DNA of 64,000 nucleotides from Clostridiales bacterium (GTDB lineage Bacteria; Bacillota; Clostridia; Oscillospirales; Oscillospiraceae): NCBI GenBank assembly GCA_004555705.1, contig SFHI01000001.1, positions 131 to 64,130 of the forward strand, read 5' to 3'. Shown piece by piece: positions 35,239 to 47,200 of this stretch (position 1 is its first letter; each line of letters starts with the position of its first letter). The notes under the pieces were generated by a model. It saw only the letters and a program-made list of their open reading frames with translations, ran no database searches and was not told where the DNA came from. The position numbers and the translations under genes were made by a program.

Positions 35239-38200
35239 TTAAAGTCCGTCCGCGTATACAATCTCTCCGGTTTCATCCGATGCAAGCATCTGATGACCGC
35301 TTTCCGTGACTGCATGGTACTGACCATCCAGAATCACAAAGGTATGGAGTCTATCCACGAAGAAGCTGACGAATCCATCCTTGACCTCAACCTGAATCGT
35401 CACCAGCTTCCCGTCATCACAGTACGCAATCGTCACGATCTGCCCTTCCAATGCTTCCTCCACAGGAATCTGGACATAAAGCATTCCATGATAGCATCCG
35501 GTCATGGTGATGTGATAACGGGCAAGAACAATGGATGCGGGCAGGATTTCCAGATATTTGCAGACCAGGCAGCTTTCATGCTCAAAGCCGTCCGTTACAA
35601 ACAGTTCCGCATTCCAGGAAATATAGCCGGAAACCCGGATTCCGGTGGGTTCATGGATGATTGTGCGGTATTCCGACGCCCAATAGCTGTTCACAAGGTT
35701 GATATAGCCATACTTCGCGTGAATGTTCAGCTTGCCGGAAACATTTACATTGAGAGGATTGTCTTCCTCACCGACAACACCGGCGTCAATGTCCAGGTTG
35801 TCGGCAATAATGGCATCCTCGTCGTCCTGATCGGTAACCTTGCCGCCGCTGGAAATGCTGACATCCGAACCGACGATCTTGTCAACCTTCACATCTCCGT
35901 CGCTGGAAATGTGAATATCGCCGCCGGTGGCGCCAAACACATCGGACTCCACCTCCAAAGGATTTTCCTTCGTACCGATATCGCCGCTGGCATCAATCTG
36001 AACGTCGCCGCCAATAATATCGATATCATCGGGTTTGGCAGGAGCGTCGCCGTCCATGACATCGCCGTCAACAATCAGATGCACATTGCCGCCGTCCTGA
36101 TCGGGATCACCGCTGGCAATAATGGAATCGATGATGAGGCCCTTGGTATTGTCCAGATAGATGTTGTCGCCATAAGCGTTCACTCTGTCCAGCGCGGTCT
36201 TCAGCGGATCCTCTTGGGTTCCAATGTCTCCTCTCAGGCTGCTCAGGCTGCCGGAAGGTGCGGTGATGTCCACGGTATCCGTGCCCACGCTGCCCTTGAT
36301 GTCGCCCTTCGCAGTGATGTTCACCTCATCCTCGGCCACGATGGAATCGATGGTCAGGTCGCCGCCGCTTTCGATATCCACACTGTCCAGCACAGTGCCT
36401 TCGCCGGTGCCGATATGCGTGGTACCGCCTGCGGTAATGCCAAGCGCATTGTCCTTTTCACCAAGGGTGGCAGAACCGGAACTGCTGTTGACCTCCAGAT
36501 TCACATCGCCGTCGGCGGTGATGCCGGAGGCGGAGGCGTTCTGCTCCTTTTGGGTGGCTTCCGCCTGCTTGTTGGCCGCGTCCTGGAGTGCCTGGTTCAG
36601 CGCATCCGTCAGGTCGAGCAGTTCCTTCTCCTGAAGCTGCTTTTCCTGCTCCAAAGCGTCCAGGGCTTCCTCAGCGGAGGCAGCTTCCTCCAGTCCGGGA
36701 ACCGTGCCGAAGGTCTTGTCGCCGGCACTGTCCACTGCATTCTGCAGCTGCTCCTCGGCATCAATCAGTGCATCGCGCTTACCCTGGGTTTCTGCCTTGG
36801 CGTTGTCATAATCGGACTGGGCGCTGTTCACCTTTTCCTGCTGGGCAGCAATGGCATCCGCATCGGGGGTTTCGGCATTCATCAGTTCTTCCAGTTCGGT
36901 TCTGGCAGCCTCCAGGCGAAGCGCGGCATCCGCTTCTTCCGCCTGGGCCTGGTCGAGAGCGGACTGTGCAGCGCTCCGGTTGTCCAGTGCATCCTGCAGC
37001 TCCTGCTTTACGGTGTCGAGGGTATTGACGTAGTTATCCAGGACCTGCACCTGATCTTCAAGAGCCTCGGCCTTCGCCTGCGCCTTGGCTGCCTCAATGG
37101 CTGCATCCACGGCGTCCTTGATCAGGTCGTTGCTGCCCTTGTCGCTTTCCACAATGCTGCCATCTTCGGTTTTCAGGTTTACACTGTTCTCCGTACCGGT
37201 GGAAGCGATGCTGCCGATGGTCATGTCGCCGGTAATCTCCGTGATGAACACGTCGCCATTGTTGGCAGCCGCATTCAGAATGCCGGGATTGCCGTTTTCA
37301 TCGGGGTTGGTATCCACCAGCAGCGGTGCTTCTGCGGTGCCCACATCGCCATTGCCCGCGGTGACGGAGATACTGTCGCCCTTCACTTGTGCATCCCGTC
37401 CCAGCCTGTCGCCGAGGACCAGTCCGCCCTGCGCGGTGATGGAGACATCGCCTGCCGCTTCAATCGCGCCCAGATTCATATCGCCGTCAGTGTTGTCGAT
37501 GGTCAGATTCCCTGTGCCGTCCACATGGAGGATGCCCTCGGCGGTGTCGGCTGTCAGGTTCAGGCTACCCAACGCATTCAGGTTGGTATCGCCGAAGCTG
37601 TCCGTGGTCAGATGGCCGTCGATGGATACGTCGATCCGGTCATCAGGGCCAGCGCCAATGGAGCCGCTTGCGGAGGTGATGGAGCCGCTGCCGGCATCCA
37701 CATTCAGCTTGGCATCGCCGTCCTCACGGCTGTCCAGGATGCTTCCCTGGGCCGTGAGATCCGCTCTGCCGCCTGCGGTGATATGCTGAATCATCATTTC
37801 ACCGTCGGGAGCCTTCAGGGTCACGCTGCCAGCCGTAGAAGTAACATTGTTCACCATCTGGTTGCCGGTGAGCTCGGTGATGGCGATGTCGCCCACTGCC
37901 GAAGCGTTCAGCGTCGTCTCCGTGAGAAGGTCGATATCCCGGATGCCATTGAAGGAAGCAACGAAGTTCATCTCGATCTCGCCGTTTTCGTTGCGGAGAA
38001 TATCCCAGCTGCCGGAACTCCTGTAGTCGTCCGCACCGGGCAAGGGTTCTTCGCCCGCAATATTGGCAATGACATCTTCCTTCCAGCTTCGCTGCTCCGT
38101 TGTAAGCTCGGTGACTGCGCCGATGCCGCCCAAGGTTGCAGTATAGCTGTGGTTTTCCGCATAGACGTTGGAATCGGTGCCATAGGTGGTGGCGCCGTTC

Positions 38201-41200
38201 TCGGTCCTCTCGCCAACATACTTCTCCTCGTACATCTGCTGTACATAGGGGTCCGTAATGGCTGCCTTAGCCTTGGCTGAAACTCCTTCGATGCTGGGAG
38301 CGGTGATGGTCACATCGCCGTGGGTGGAAACCACTTCTCCGGCGGTGAACGTACCGCTGCTCTGCCGGATGGTAATGTCTCCCACATTCAGCAGATAGCT
38401 TTCCCCGGTAGAGGTTCCGATCAGAAGCACCAAATCTCTGGGCTTGCCAGTCTGATCCTCAACGGGAGGATACTTGCCCACCAGCGCTTCGTAGGCATTT
38501 TCAACCAACGCCTGCTTCTGCGCATCGGTGAGGGACTCCCAGTAAGCCTTGAAGAGCTCTGTTTCGTCGTCCAGCAGAGGCTCTGTCTCGTAGAGGGGTT
38601 CATTGAGATTACCCTCGGCATCTTCCGCTTCCGTGGTCAGATTGCCGTCCTTATCCAGATACAGAGGTGCCCCGCTGGCATCAACAGTCTGGATCGGATC
38701 GCCGTTTTGATCAACCTTGATCTTCTCCCCGCCGATGACGCCGACCAGAACCGCCTCCATGGAAGCGTCCTTGCCGGACAGCACCAGCATGGCGCCGATC
38801 CTGGCACCGGTGAGGCTTTCATCTCCACTCAGCGTGCCAAGAACCACGCTGCTGAGCTGAGTCTGGTAATCGTCCCGCTTCTGCTGGTAATAGGATTCAT
38901 AGGCCTGCTGTACTTTTTCGTCACTGAGCCCCTTAGTATCCGTACCCTCAGCGTTCAGCTTCTCCCGCATGGCCGCCACATCGGTGAGCTTCTCCTCCAG
39001 GGCAGGTGCGCTGTTTTCACCGATTACGGTGTTCCACAGCTGCTCCATCTGGGCGGAAGTCATACCGGTGAGCGCTTCGGCGATGCTTTCTTCGCTGAGC
39101 TCCAGAATATCCTTCACCGCAGCGCCGGAGAGCTTGCCGTCCACGAACTGCAGGAGTTGCTCCTCAGTCAGATTCCCAGCCAGCTGCTTTGCCAGCTCCT
39201 CGGGAGTCTGATCCGGAATCAGAACCTGAACTTCCTTCTCACCCAGGTCGCTGATGCACTCGTCATGCTCCGTCTTAACGCTGTCCCCCTCCAGTCTGCC
39301 GGTGTCCTCACCGTTTTCGATCTCGGTGGGGATATCGGTGAGCTGGGTCAGGAAGATATCGTTGGCATTTCGAATGTTCAGGGTCAGACTGGGTTTTTCG
39401 TCGTCACCTTCGTAGCTGACCTTGAAATAACAGCCGGGGGTACCAATATTGCCGCCGATATCGAAGAACATCTCTTCTCCATCTTCGCCTTCCCCGGTCT
39501 CCCGGAAGTTCGTATCCAGGACCAGCTTGGAGGTCTCATTCTTCATCAGCAGATCGCTGCCGGGCTTGCTGCCCTGGGTCGGATCGCCGGTGGTGGTGAT
39601 GGTCATCAGACCGTCCACATAGACAGCATCCACAATCACGTCATTGTCGTTGCCGCCTGCTTTGCCGGTGTCGATGGCGAGCTTGCCGGTCTGATTCACG
39701 TCCACCCGGTTCATGTGGATTTTGCCGGTTCCACTGGTAATTTCCGCAGTGCCGTCGATGAGAATAAGGTTGTCAGATGCGGTGCCGTTTTCACCCATGG
39801 TCACGCTGCCGTTACCAGTGTAGAGCTCCAGCCTGCCGCCCTGCGCGACGGTGATTACATCCATATCCACGTCGCCCTGGTTGGTGCTGATGGTGGCACT
39901 GCCGCTGATATTGGCATCATCCATATCCACTGCGCCAACGCCATTGTTGGTCATGGCCAGCTGGCCGGAAACGTCAACGTTCTGCATGGTGATTGCGCCG
40001 TCGCCGCCCGAGGTGATGGAGGCTGTGCCGCTGATGTCTGCATCCGTCAGGCTCATATCGCCTTCCCCGGTGCTGACAGCAGCTTCACCGCTGATATCGA
40101 CATCGTCCATATCCACAGTGCCTTCACCATCGTTGGTCATGGTAAGCTTTCCGGAGACGTCCACGTTCTGCACGGTGATGCTGCCGTCGCCGTCACTGGT
40201 GATGGAGGCTGTGCCGCTGATGTCTGCATCCGTCAGGCTCAGATCGCCTTCCCCGGTGCTGACTGTGGCCGTGCCGCTGACGTCGATCTCGTCCATCTCC
40301 ACCGCGCCGGTACCGTCATTCGTCATGGTCAGCTCGCCGGAGACGTCCACGTTCTGCATGGTGATGCTGCCGTCGCCGTCACTGGTGATGGAGGCTGTTC
40401 CGCTGATGTCCCCATCCGTCAGGCTCAGATCGCCCTTTCCGGTGTTGACAGCAGCTTCACCGCTGATATCGACATCGTCCATATCCACCGTGCCTTCACC
40501 ATCGTTGGTCATAGTAAGCTTTCCGGAGACATCCACGCTCTGCATGGTGATGCTGCCGTCGCCGCCCGAGGTGATGGAGGCTGTGCCGCTGATGTTTCCA
40601 TCCGTCAGGCTCAGATCTCCTTCCGCCGTGCTGACAGTAAGCTTGCCTTCGCTGCCCTGGCTGTCGCCCAGAACGCTGACATTTTCCATGCTCACATTGC
40701 CGCCGTTTACCACGTCCACGGTAAGCTCTCCGCCGTCATTCACGATGACATTATCCAGGCCAGCGTCACCTTTGTAGATTTCAAGGTCGATATTGCCGTT
40801 CTGACCCACCTGGGTGTCATGGAGATTGACATTGGCCTCAAGCAGCGTCTTTGCGTAGGCTTCGCCGTCGTAGGCACCGGAAGTAGCGATGCTGCCGATG
40901 ATCTGGATGTTGCAAGTGTCACCGCTGAAGGGCTTAAAGACGATGGGATCCTTTTCCTCAAAGATATTGCCGTTGTCGGCAGCAATGATCTTCAGGTTGT
41001 TGGTGATCACATTGGTGTGACTGTCCGCGACAATATCGTCCTTATCGTTGAGGCTGGTGTTCTCGCCGCCGAAGATGATGGTGATGCTCTCGCCGGAGAT
41101 CGTCTCCGTCATTTCCACCAGAGTGTAGGTCTGCTCAAGGTCCTCCACCACTCTGCTGGAGATGGGCTGCAGCACGCCGGCGCTGCTGTCGGAGGCGTAC

Positions 41201-44200
41201 CAGGTTCCGTCAGGCAGCAGGATGATGGTGGTGGGCTGGGTGTCCGAGTCTGCGTCCTTGCGTTCCAGAACATACATGACCAGTTCGCCGTTCGCGTCTC
41301 TGACTTCGCTGACATAAGCGCCGTCAAAGAGCTCCTTGACACTGGCATTGGGGTAGCGGAAGCCCATTTCTGTGACCCGGGAATCGCTCATGGTCAGGAT
41401 TTCTCCCAGGGTCATCTGCACAAGGCCGTTGGTTCCGACGGAGTAGTAGTCGCTGTGGAAGTAGCGGCTGACGGGGCTGCTGCTGTTATCTGCCAGCATA
41501 TTTACCTGGCCGATACTCTGAGGCGCCATGTAAACGCCGGTGGCAGCCTGATGGAGCTTGAACGCTGCCCCTTGGGTCATGTGGATGTAGCTGCTGTTGA
41601 CCTCGCAGTAGATTTCCGTTCCGCCAAGGCTGCTTCCCTTGTCATAGATGCGAAGCAGTCCATTGGGCGTGTAGGCGCCAACCACCTTGCCGTCTTTGTC
41701 CAGGTACAGCAGGGTGCCCTGGGGCAGACCGCTGGAATGCCCCTCGTCGAGGATGACTCTGGTGTACCTGTCCACGATGCCGTAACCATCACTGTCGCTG
41801 GAGATTCTAAAGCTGATGTCTCCGCTTTCGCTGTAAGGCATGTAGGTAACGTTCATACCGTTTTCGCCTGCGGGCGTGATGGTCACAGTGCCCTTGGGGT
41901 AATAGTAGTAGGCTGTAAACTGGCCATACTTCGCCAGAACCTCTGCCATGGCTCCGCTGTCACCCATCAACGTATCAAAGTCCATGCTGTGGCTGAAGAT
42001 GGTGCCGTCCGCACTCACATAGAGGTACTTTCCGCTTGCATCCTGTGCATGCACCTGACCTCCGGCGGTGTAGAGAGGCGCGCCGTTCTCGTCATAGAGA
42101 AGGCCGTCTCTGTCCTCTGCCTGCACCATCACGGGGCCGTACATCAGCGTGGCCTGAGACAGGTCATCGATGATACTGCCGTCCGGATTACGGGCATAGT
42201 TGATGTTGACATAGTAGAACTGGCCGTCACGAGTAAAGGCAACTGCCTTGGCCTCGTCTTCCATGTAGAAAATGCCTGTCTTATCTGTGGCATTGTCCAC
42301 AAACAGATATCCGCCGTTGACCTTCTTGTAGCCGCCGTTGAGGGTTTCGTCGCTGATTGCGCCTTCACCCTTACACTCAAGAGCCATGAACCCAATCGTG
42401 TAGGTGTTTCCGCTTCTCGTCACGGTGAAGTATTTGCCCTTCAGTTCGTTATAGCGGGCTTCGTAACCGGCTTTTCCGCTGAAGCTGTCGGGCTTTACCA
42501 CCTCATACGCACCGAGCTCGGCGTTATAGGTGGTGTCGAAGGTGTACAGTCCCAGCGTTATCGTCATCGACGTGACATTTCCGTTGCCATCCTTTGTGAT
42601 GGAAACGGTACCCTTTCGGCTGCCCACAACGCCACTGGCAAAATTGACACCCAGGTTTCCGGTATTCCCGGCGTAGGTGCCGGAAGCAACGCTGGCGCTG
42701 GCATCGGACTTATCGGTAAGCATCATATTGACATATGTCTTGCTTCCGGTAATCTCCTGGATGCTGCCTACCTCCGTGTCCTCATCTGCCACAGGGCCCA
42801 GCTGTACACTGATAGAGATATTGGCCCTGATTCCGGTAATGTCAGTACCGGTGACGCTGACATTGATCTGCGCCTTCCAGTCTGCGGTGATTACCGCCGC
42901 AACCGCTTTCGCAACAGCATCTGCAATGAGGCTGGTGGAGTTCGTTTCCATGGTCAGCTGCAGATTCTGAACAGCGGTGTTGGCTGCGGCTCTGGCTTCC
43001 TCCGCGCTCTGGGGTTCATTGTATCCGCTGGCCTGACCAAGGGTGGTGCTGACGAACTCATAGATGTAGCCCTCAACCAAGGAATAGCTGTCACCGGACC
43101 ACTCGAGTTCCACCACATGATAGCGGGTTCTTCCGCTGCTCAGCTCTTCCAGCAGGTACAGGTTATTGCCGATGGAAATGGGGGATACTTCGGTGACCTT
43201 CCCGTCCTCTTCCTTCGTAAAGACATTGGACAAGTAGATGTGGGTGCCATCCGGCAGTGTCCATACCAACCGGTTTTCGTCACGGGTCATGTAGACTGTG
43301 CCGCCTGCCTGACCAATGTTGATCATGATGTTGTTGCCTGTGAAATCGATGACCTTGGAAACCTTGTTACCGTCCACGTAGGTGATCTTGCTGACCTTTC
43401 CGCCGGAAATGGTGAAGCTCAGATCACTGAAGTCGTAGGTGACGCCGTCCGCTTCCTTCTGTGCGCTCTGGAACTTCAGCTGGCCATTCACATTGCTTAC
43501 CCGGAGGATAAGCTCGTTGGGCAGCATATAGAAGCTCTCGCCGGTTTCGGAATCGGTATAGAGCAGGTAGTCGGAAAGCCTGAGATAAGTGTCCTCACCC
43601 ATGACACTGCCGATATCTCCGAAGTTATTGCCGTTGCCGGGCAGGAACACATCCATATCGGTGTTGTTCCGGAGCTCCGCCACCACCTTGCCGGGTGCCT
43701 CAATGGTCAGGTTCACCTTACCGGTTTCGGAGGTGATCTCGCCCAGAGTCAGCTTGGGGTCATTAATCGGATATACCTTACCATTCGCGTACTCGCTGTA
43801 CAGGAGCACGTGTCTGATATTTGCCCAGATGTCGCCCGCCGCCTGCATGGAGATATAGGCATCCCGCTCAGGCTGGGAGATAAAGCCGGAATAATCGGCT
43901 CTGGCAATCTCCGTGATATACGCGTGGAAGGGATTCTGCTCGGTGCCGATGCTGCCCGCACCGGTGACGGTGAGCTTGTTGGCCCAGAGCTTGGTCCCGG
44001 GTGCGGTGCTCAGAAGGCCGCCATTCATGCGGATATCCACGATGCCCTCTGCCACATCCTGATCCAGAACAGTGCTGCCATCGGTAGCCCGGAAGATCAC
44101 GTCACCGTCCTTTTCGGAGACGATGCTGAGGCTGGGCAGCTCGTAGGCGTACAGGGGGCAGAAGAAGTTCATCTTCATGTACTCGTAGAACTGGGCAGAC

Positions 44201-47200
44201 TGCTGGGAAACCGTTAAGCCGATGTCCAGATTGGGTCTGGGCTGCTTGCCGTTGATGAGGGTTACCTCGTTGACATACAGAGCTCTGTCGGAGCGGTTGG
44301 TGATTACCACATTGGGCAGGAAGCTGCCGTCATAAATGGTGATCAGTTTTCCGGAATTCTCCGTTTTTACTTTGTCCTTGTAACCCGGGAAAAGCAGCAT
44401 GGTCATCTTGGACGAAGCATTCTCCTCGCCCACATAGGCCTTCGCGATCAGGGAGCCGCGGTCATCGTTGTAAAGACGGTTGAGATAGATGGCGCTGCCG
44501 CTTACGGTGCCCACATCGCTTGCCTGGGTAAAGCCCTGGTCATCCAGACCGGAGTAGTGCAGTTTGCCGTCTTCATCAATATCCACGAAGCTGCCTGCCG
44601 CGGCGCCGCCAAGGTGGAACCTGCCGTTGAGAATGACGTTGCTGCGCACACGCAAGGTTGCGCTTGCAACGGCTTCCTCGCTGCCGTCATCGGCCTGACC
44701 GAAGGTAAAGATCTTGACCAGCCACTTGGTGACGGTGTCAGCTTTGGCCTTGGCGCTGCTGTTCACGACGCTGGAGCTGTGTACACTGGGTGCGCTTGCC
44801 ACGATCTGCACGTCCTGACCTGCCACATCCGCCAAAGAGGAGACATAGATCTTCGCCACAACAGCATCGGTGCCGGTGGTGTCCGCACTATTGATCCTGA
44901 CATTGGACTTGGCAGTTGCCTTGCCGCTTGCGCCCTTGACGTGTGCGGAAGCCGCAGCCGTGTTTTCCATTTTGGAGGTTTCGGCCTCAATATAAAGCGC
45001 ATCGATACCACCAAGGAACACATTGTAGAGCCCGATGATCTGCTCGTTGTCCATGGAGTTGATGTCCGCGTAGGCCGTGGTGGAGGAGCCTCCGGAAAAC
45101 GTGGTGGAGGTTGCGTTGGCATTGAGCTTCTGAATGATGTCGGAAACCACCTTGGTGATCCTTGCGTTGATATAGGCCTGCACCGCAGCGGGGTCGTTTG
45201 CGCCCAGGGTGATGTTGGAGGTGGATTTCGTGGTCACATCCGCTTCACTCCGGTTGCTGCCCGCAACACTGATCATATCCCGGTAGGCGTCCGCAGTAGC
45301 GCAGGTAGCGTCGGTGGTCTTCATCAGCAGTTGGCCGAAGACGGCAGTGATCCGGGCACCCGCCCCAACGCTTATGGTGGTTTCGCTGGTCTGCACCACA
45401 GCGGCCTTGGGGCCATTGCCTGCCCCCACAATGCCGCCGCCGTCCATGTCAAGGTCGGCGTACATATAAGGCAGGCTGTTGTCGCCGCAGAGGATATTCA
45501 TGTTGCCATAGCGGGCAGAGAGTCTCGCGTTCTCGCCGATGGTGATGCTCTGGGTGCGCTTCCACGTCAGGCTGACGGTTGCCTCGCTATCCGCTTTCAG
45601 GCCCACACCGGTGGTGTTGACAATTCCGTGGAGATCCACATGGGCATTGGCCTTCAGGGTGACGTTGTTTCTGGCTTCCGCGTCCGCGCCCTCACCCATG
45701 GTCACAGTACTCGTCTGGGTGACCTGCATTTCGACCTTGTTTTTGCCCTTACTGACGGCGCCGATACTGGTACTGTTCAGCCAGGAGTCGGCTTCCACCT
45801 TGTCATAGGCCTCAACAAGAAGATTGTTGCCCGCGAAGACCTTGCCGTTCAGGTAAGCACTGGTAGACTGTTCTTTCACGGTGTTTTTGAACTCGTATCT
45901 GCCAACCTCGGCCAGGCCTACACTGGTTGTCTTATTGGTACGGGCATCCATCTTGGTATTGGTTTCCGCGTAGATGGTAACGTCGCCGGTGGTGGTGATG
46001 ACAGCATTGCTGCCCACACCCACCTGAGTCTTGTTGCTCTCTACGATCGCCGTCGCCTGAACGACCTTGGTGTTCACACCACTGAAGCTGTTTTTGGGAA
46101 CCTCCGCCTTGGAAATCAGCTGGGTCACTTTGCCGGAGGTGCCGGCGTAAGCCTTAATACTGACGCTGCCCGCCTGGATATTTGCGTTTCCGTCAATGGC
46201 CGCTTCCGTGGTCATACTCACAATCTTGGCTTGGGTAAGAACCACACCCAACGCCGCCAGGCTGGCAGATGTGTTGTTCGCCTCCGCCCGCGCGGTGACT
46301 GTCAGCGCATTGGTCTGCGCCAGCACCTCCACCGCGCCGGTGGTATCGATGGACACATTGCCCCGGATGAAGGCAGTGTTGCTCATCTTATTTACATTTG
46401 CGTACGCCCACTGATTGCCGCCGGAAATTATGCTGACATTCGCGCCGCCATTGCTTCCCAGCTCGGAGGTGGTGGAGGCATTGTCCAGTTTGGAAATGAC
46501 CTTCACATAGCCGCTGGCGTTAACGGTGCCGCTGCCCTCCAAATAAGCGCTCTGGTTCACGGACAGATTGGTCACAGCCGTGTTCAAACCAACGTTAACA
46601 CCGCTCACGCTCACTTCCTTGCCGTCCACATCCGCAGTGGCGGAGCTGCCGCTGCCGTCCACCTGAATATCCAGATTGCCGATGTACACATTGCCGCTGC
46701 CCATGACGTAGCCGGTGGCCTTGGTGCCGGAGGTGGCAGTGGCCTTGTTGGTTGCAACTTTGACTCCCTCTATGGAGAATCCGCCGTTGGGCTGGGTGGA
46801 TTTGGCCTCGGAATTGGACTGGTACTGGAGCTTGATGCTGATATTTTTGACATAAACATTGGCTCCGGTACTGTCGAGCCAGGCCTCGAAGGTGCCTTTT
46901 GCATTGGCGTTCATAACCATGACACCCAGGTTGGCGCCATTGGCAGTGTAAGAACTATCCGTGTAGCTGGCAAGGGCATAGCTCTTGGCACTGGACAGGA
47001 TATTCAGATTGCCGCTGAGATCGCTTTCGCTGCCGAAAGAAGTCCCGGAAACATACGCACTGTTTTCCGCCGTGACCTCGGCATCCGCGGTGTTGGCGAT
47101 GATGATCTGACCGTTGGCGGCCGCATTGGTAGCTTCCAGTTTCGCCACCGCGCCCTGATTCTCATTGTCGTTGAGCCAAGCGGTGATGTTGATATTGTTC

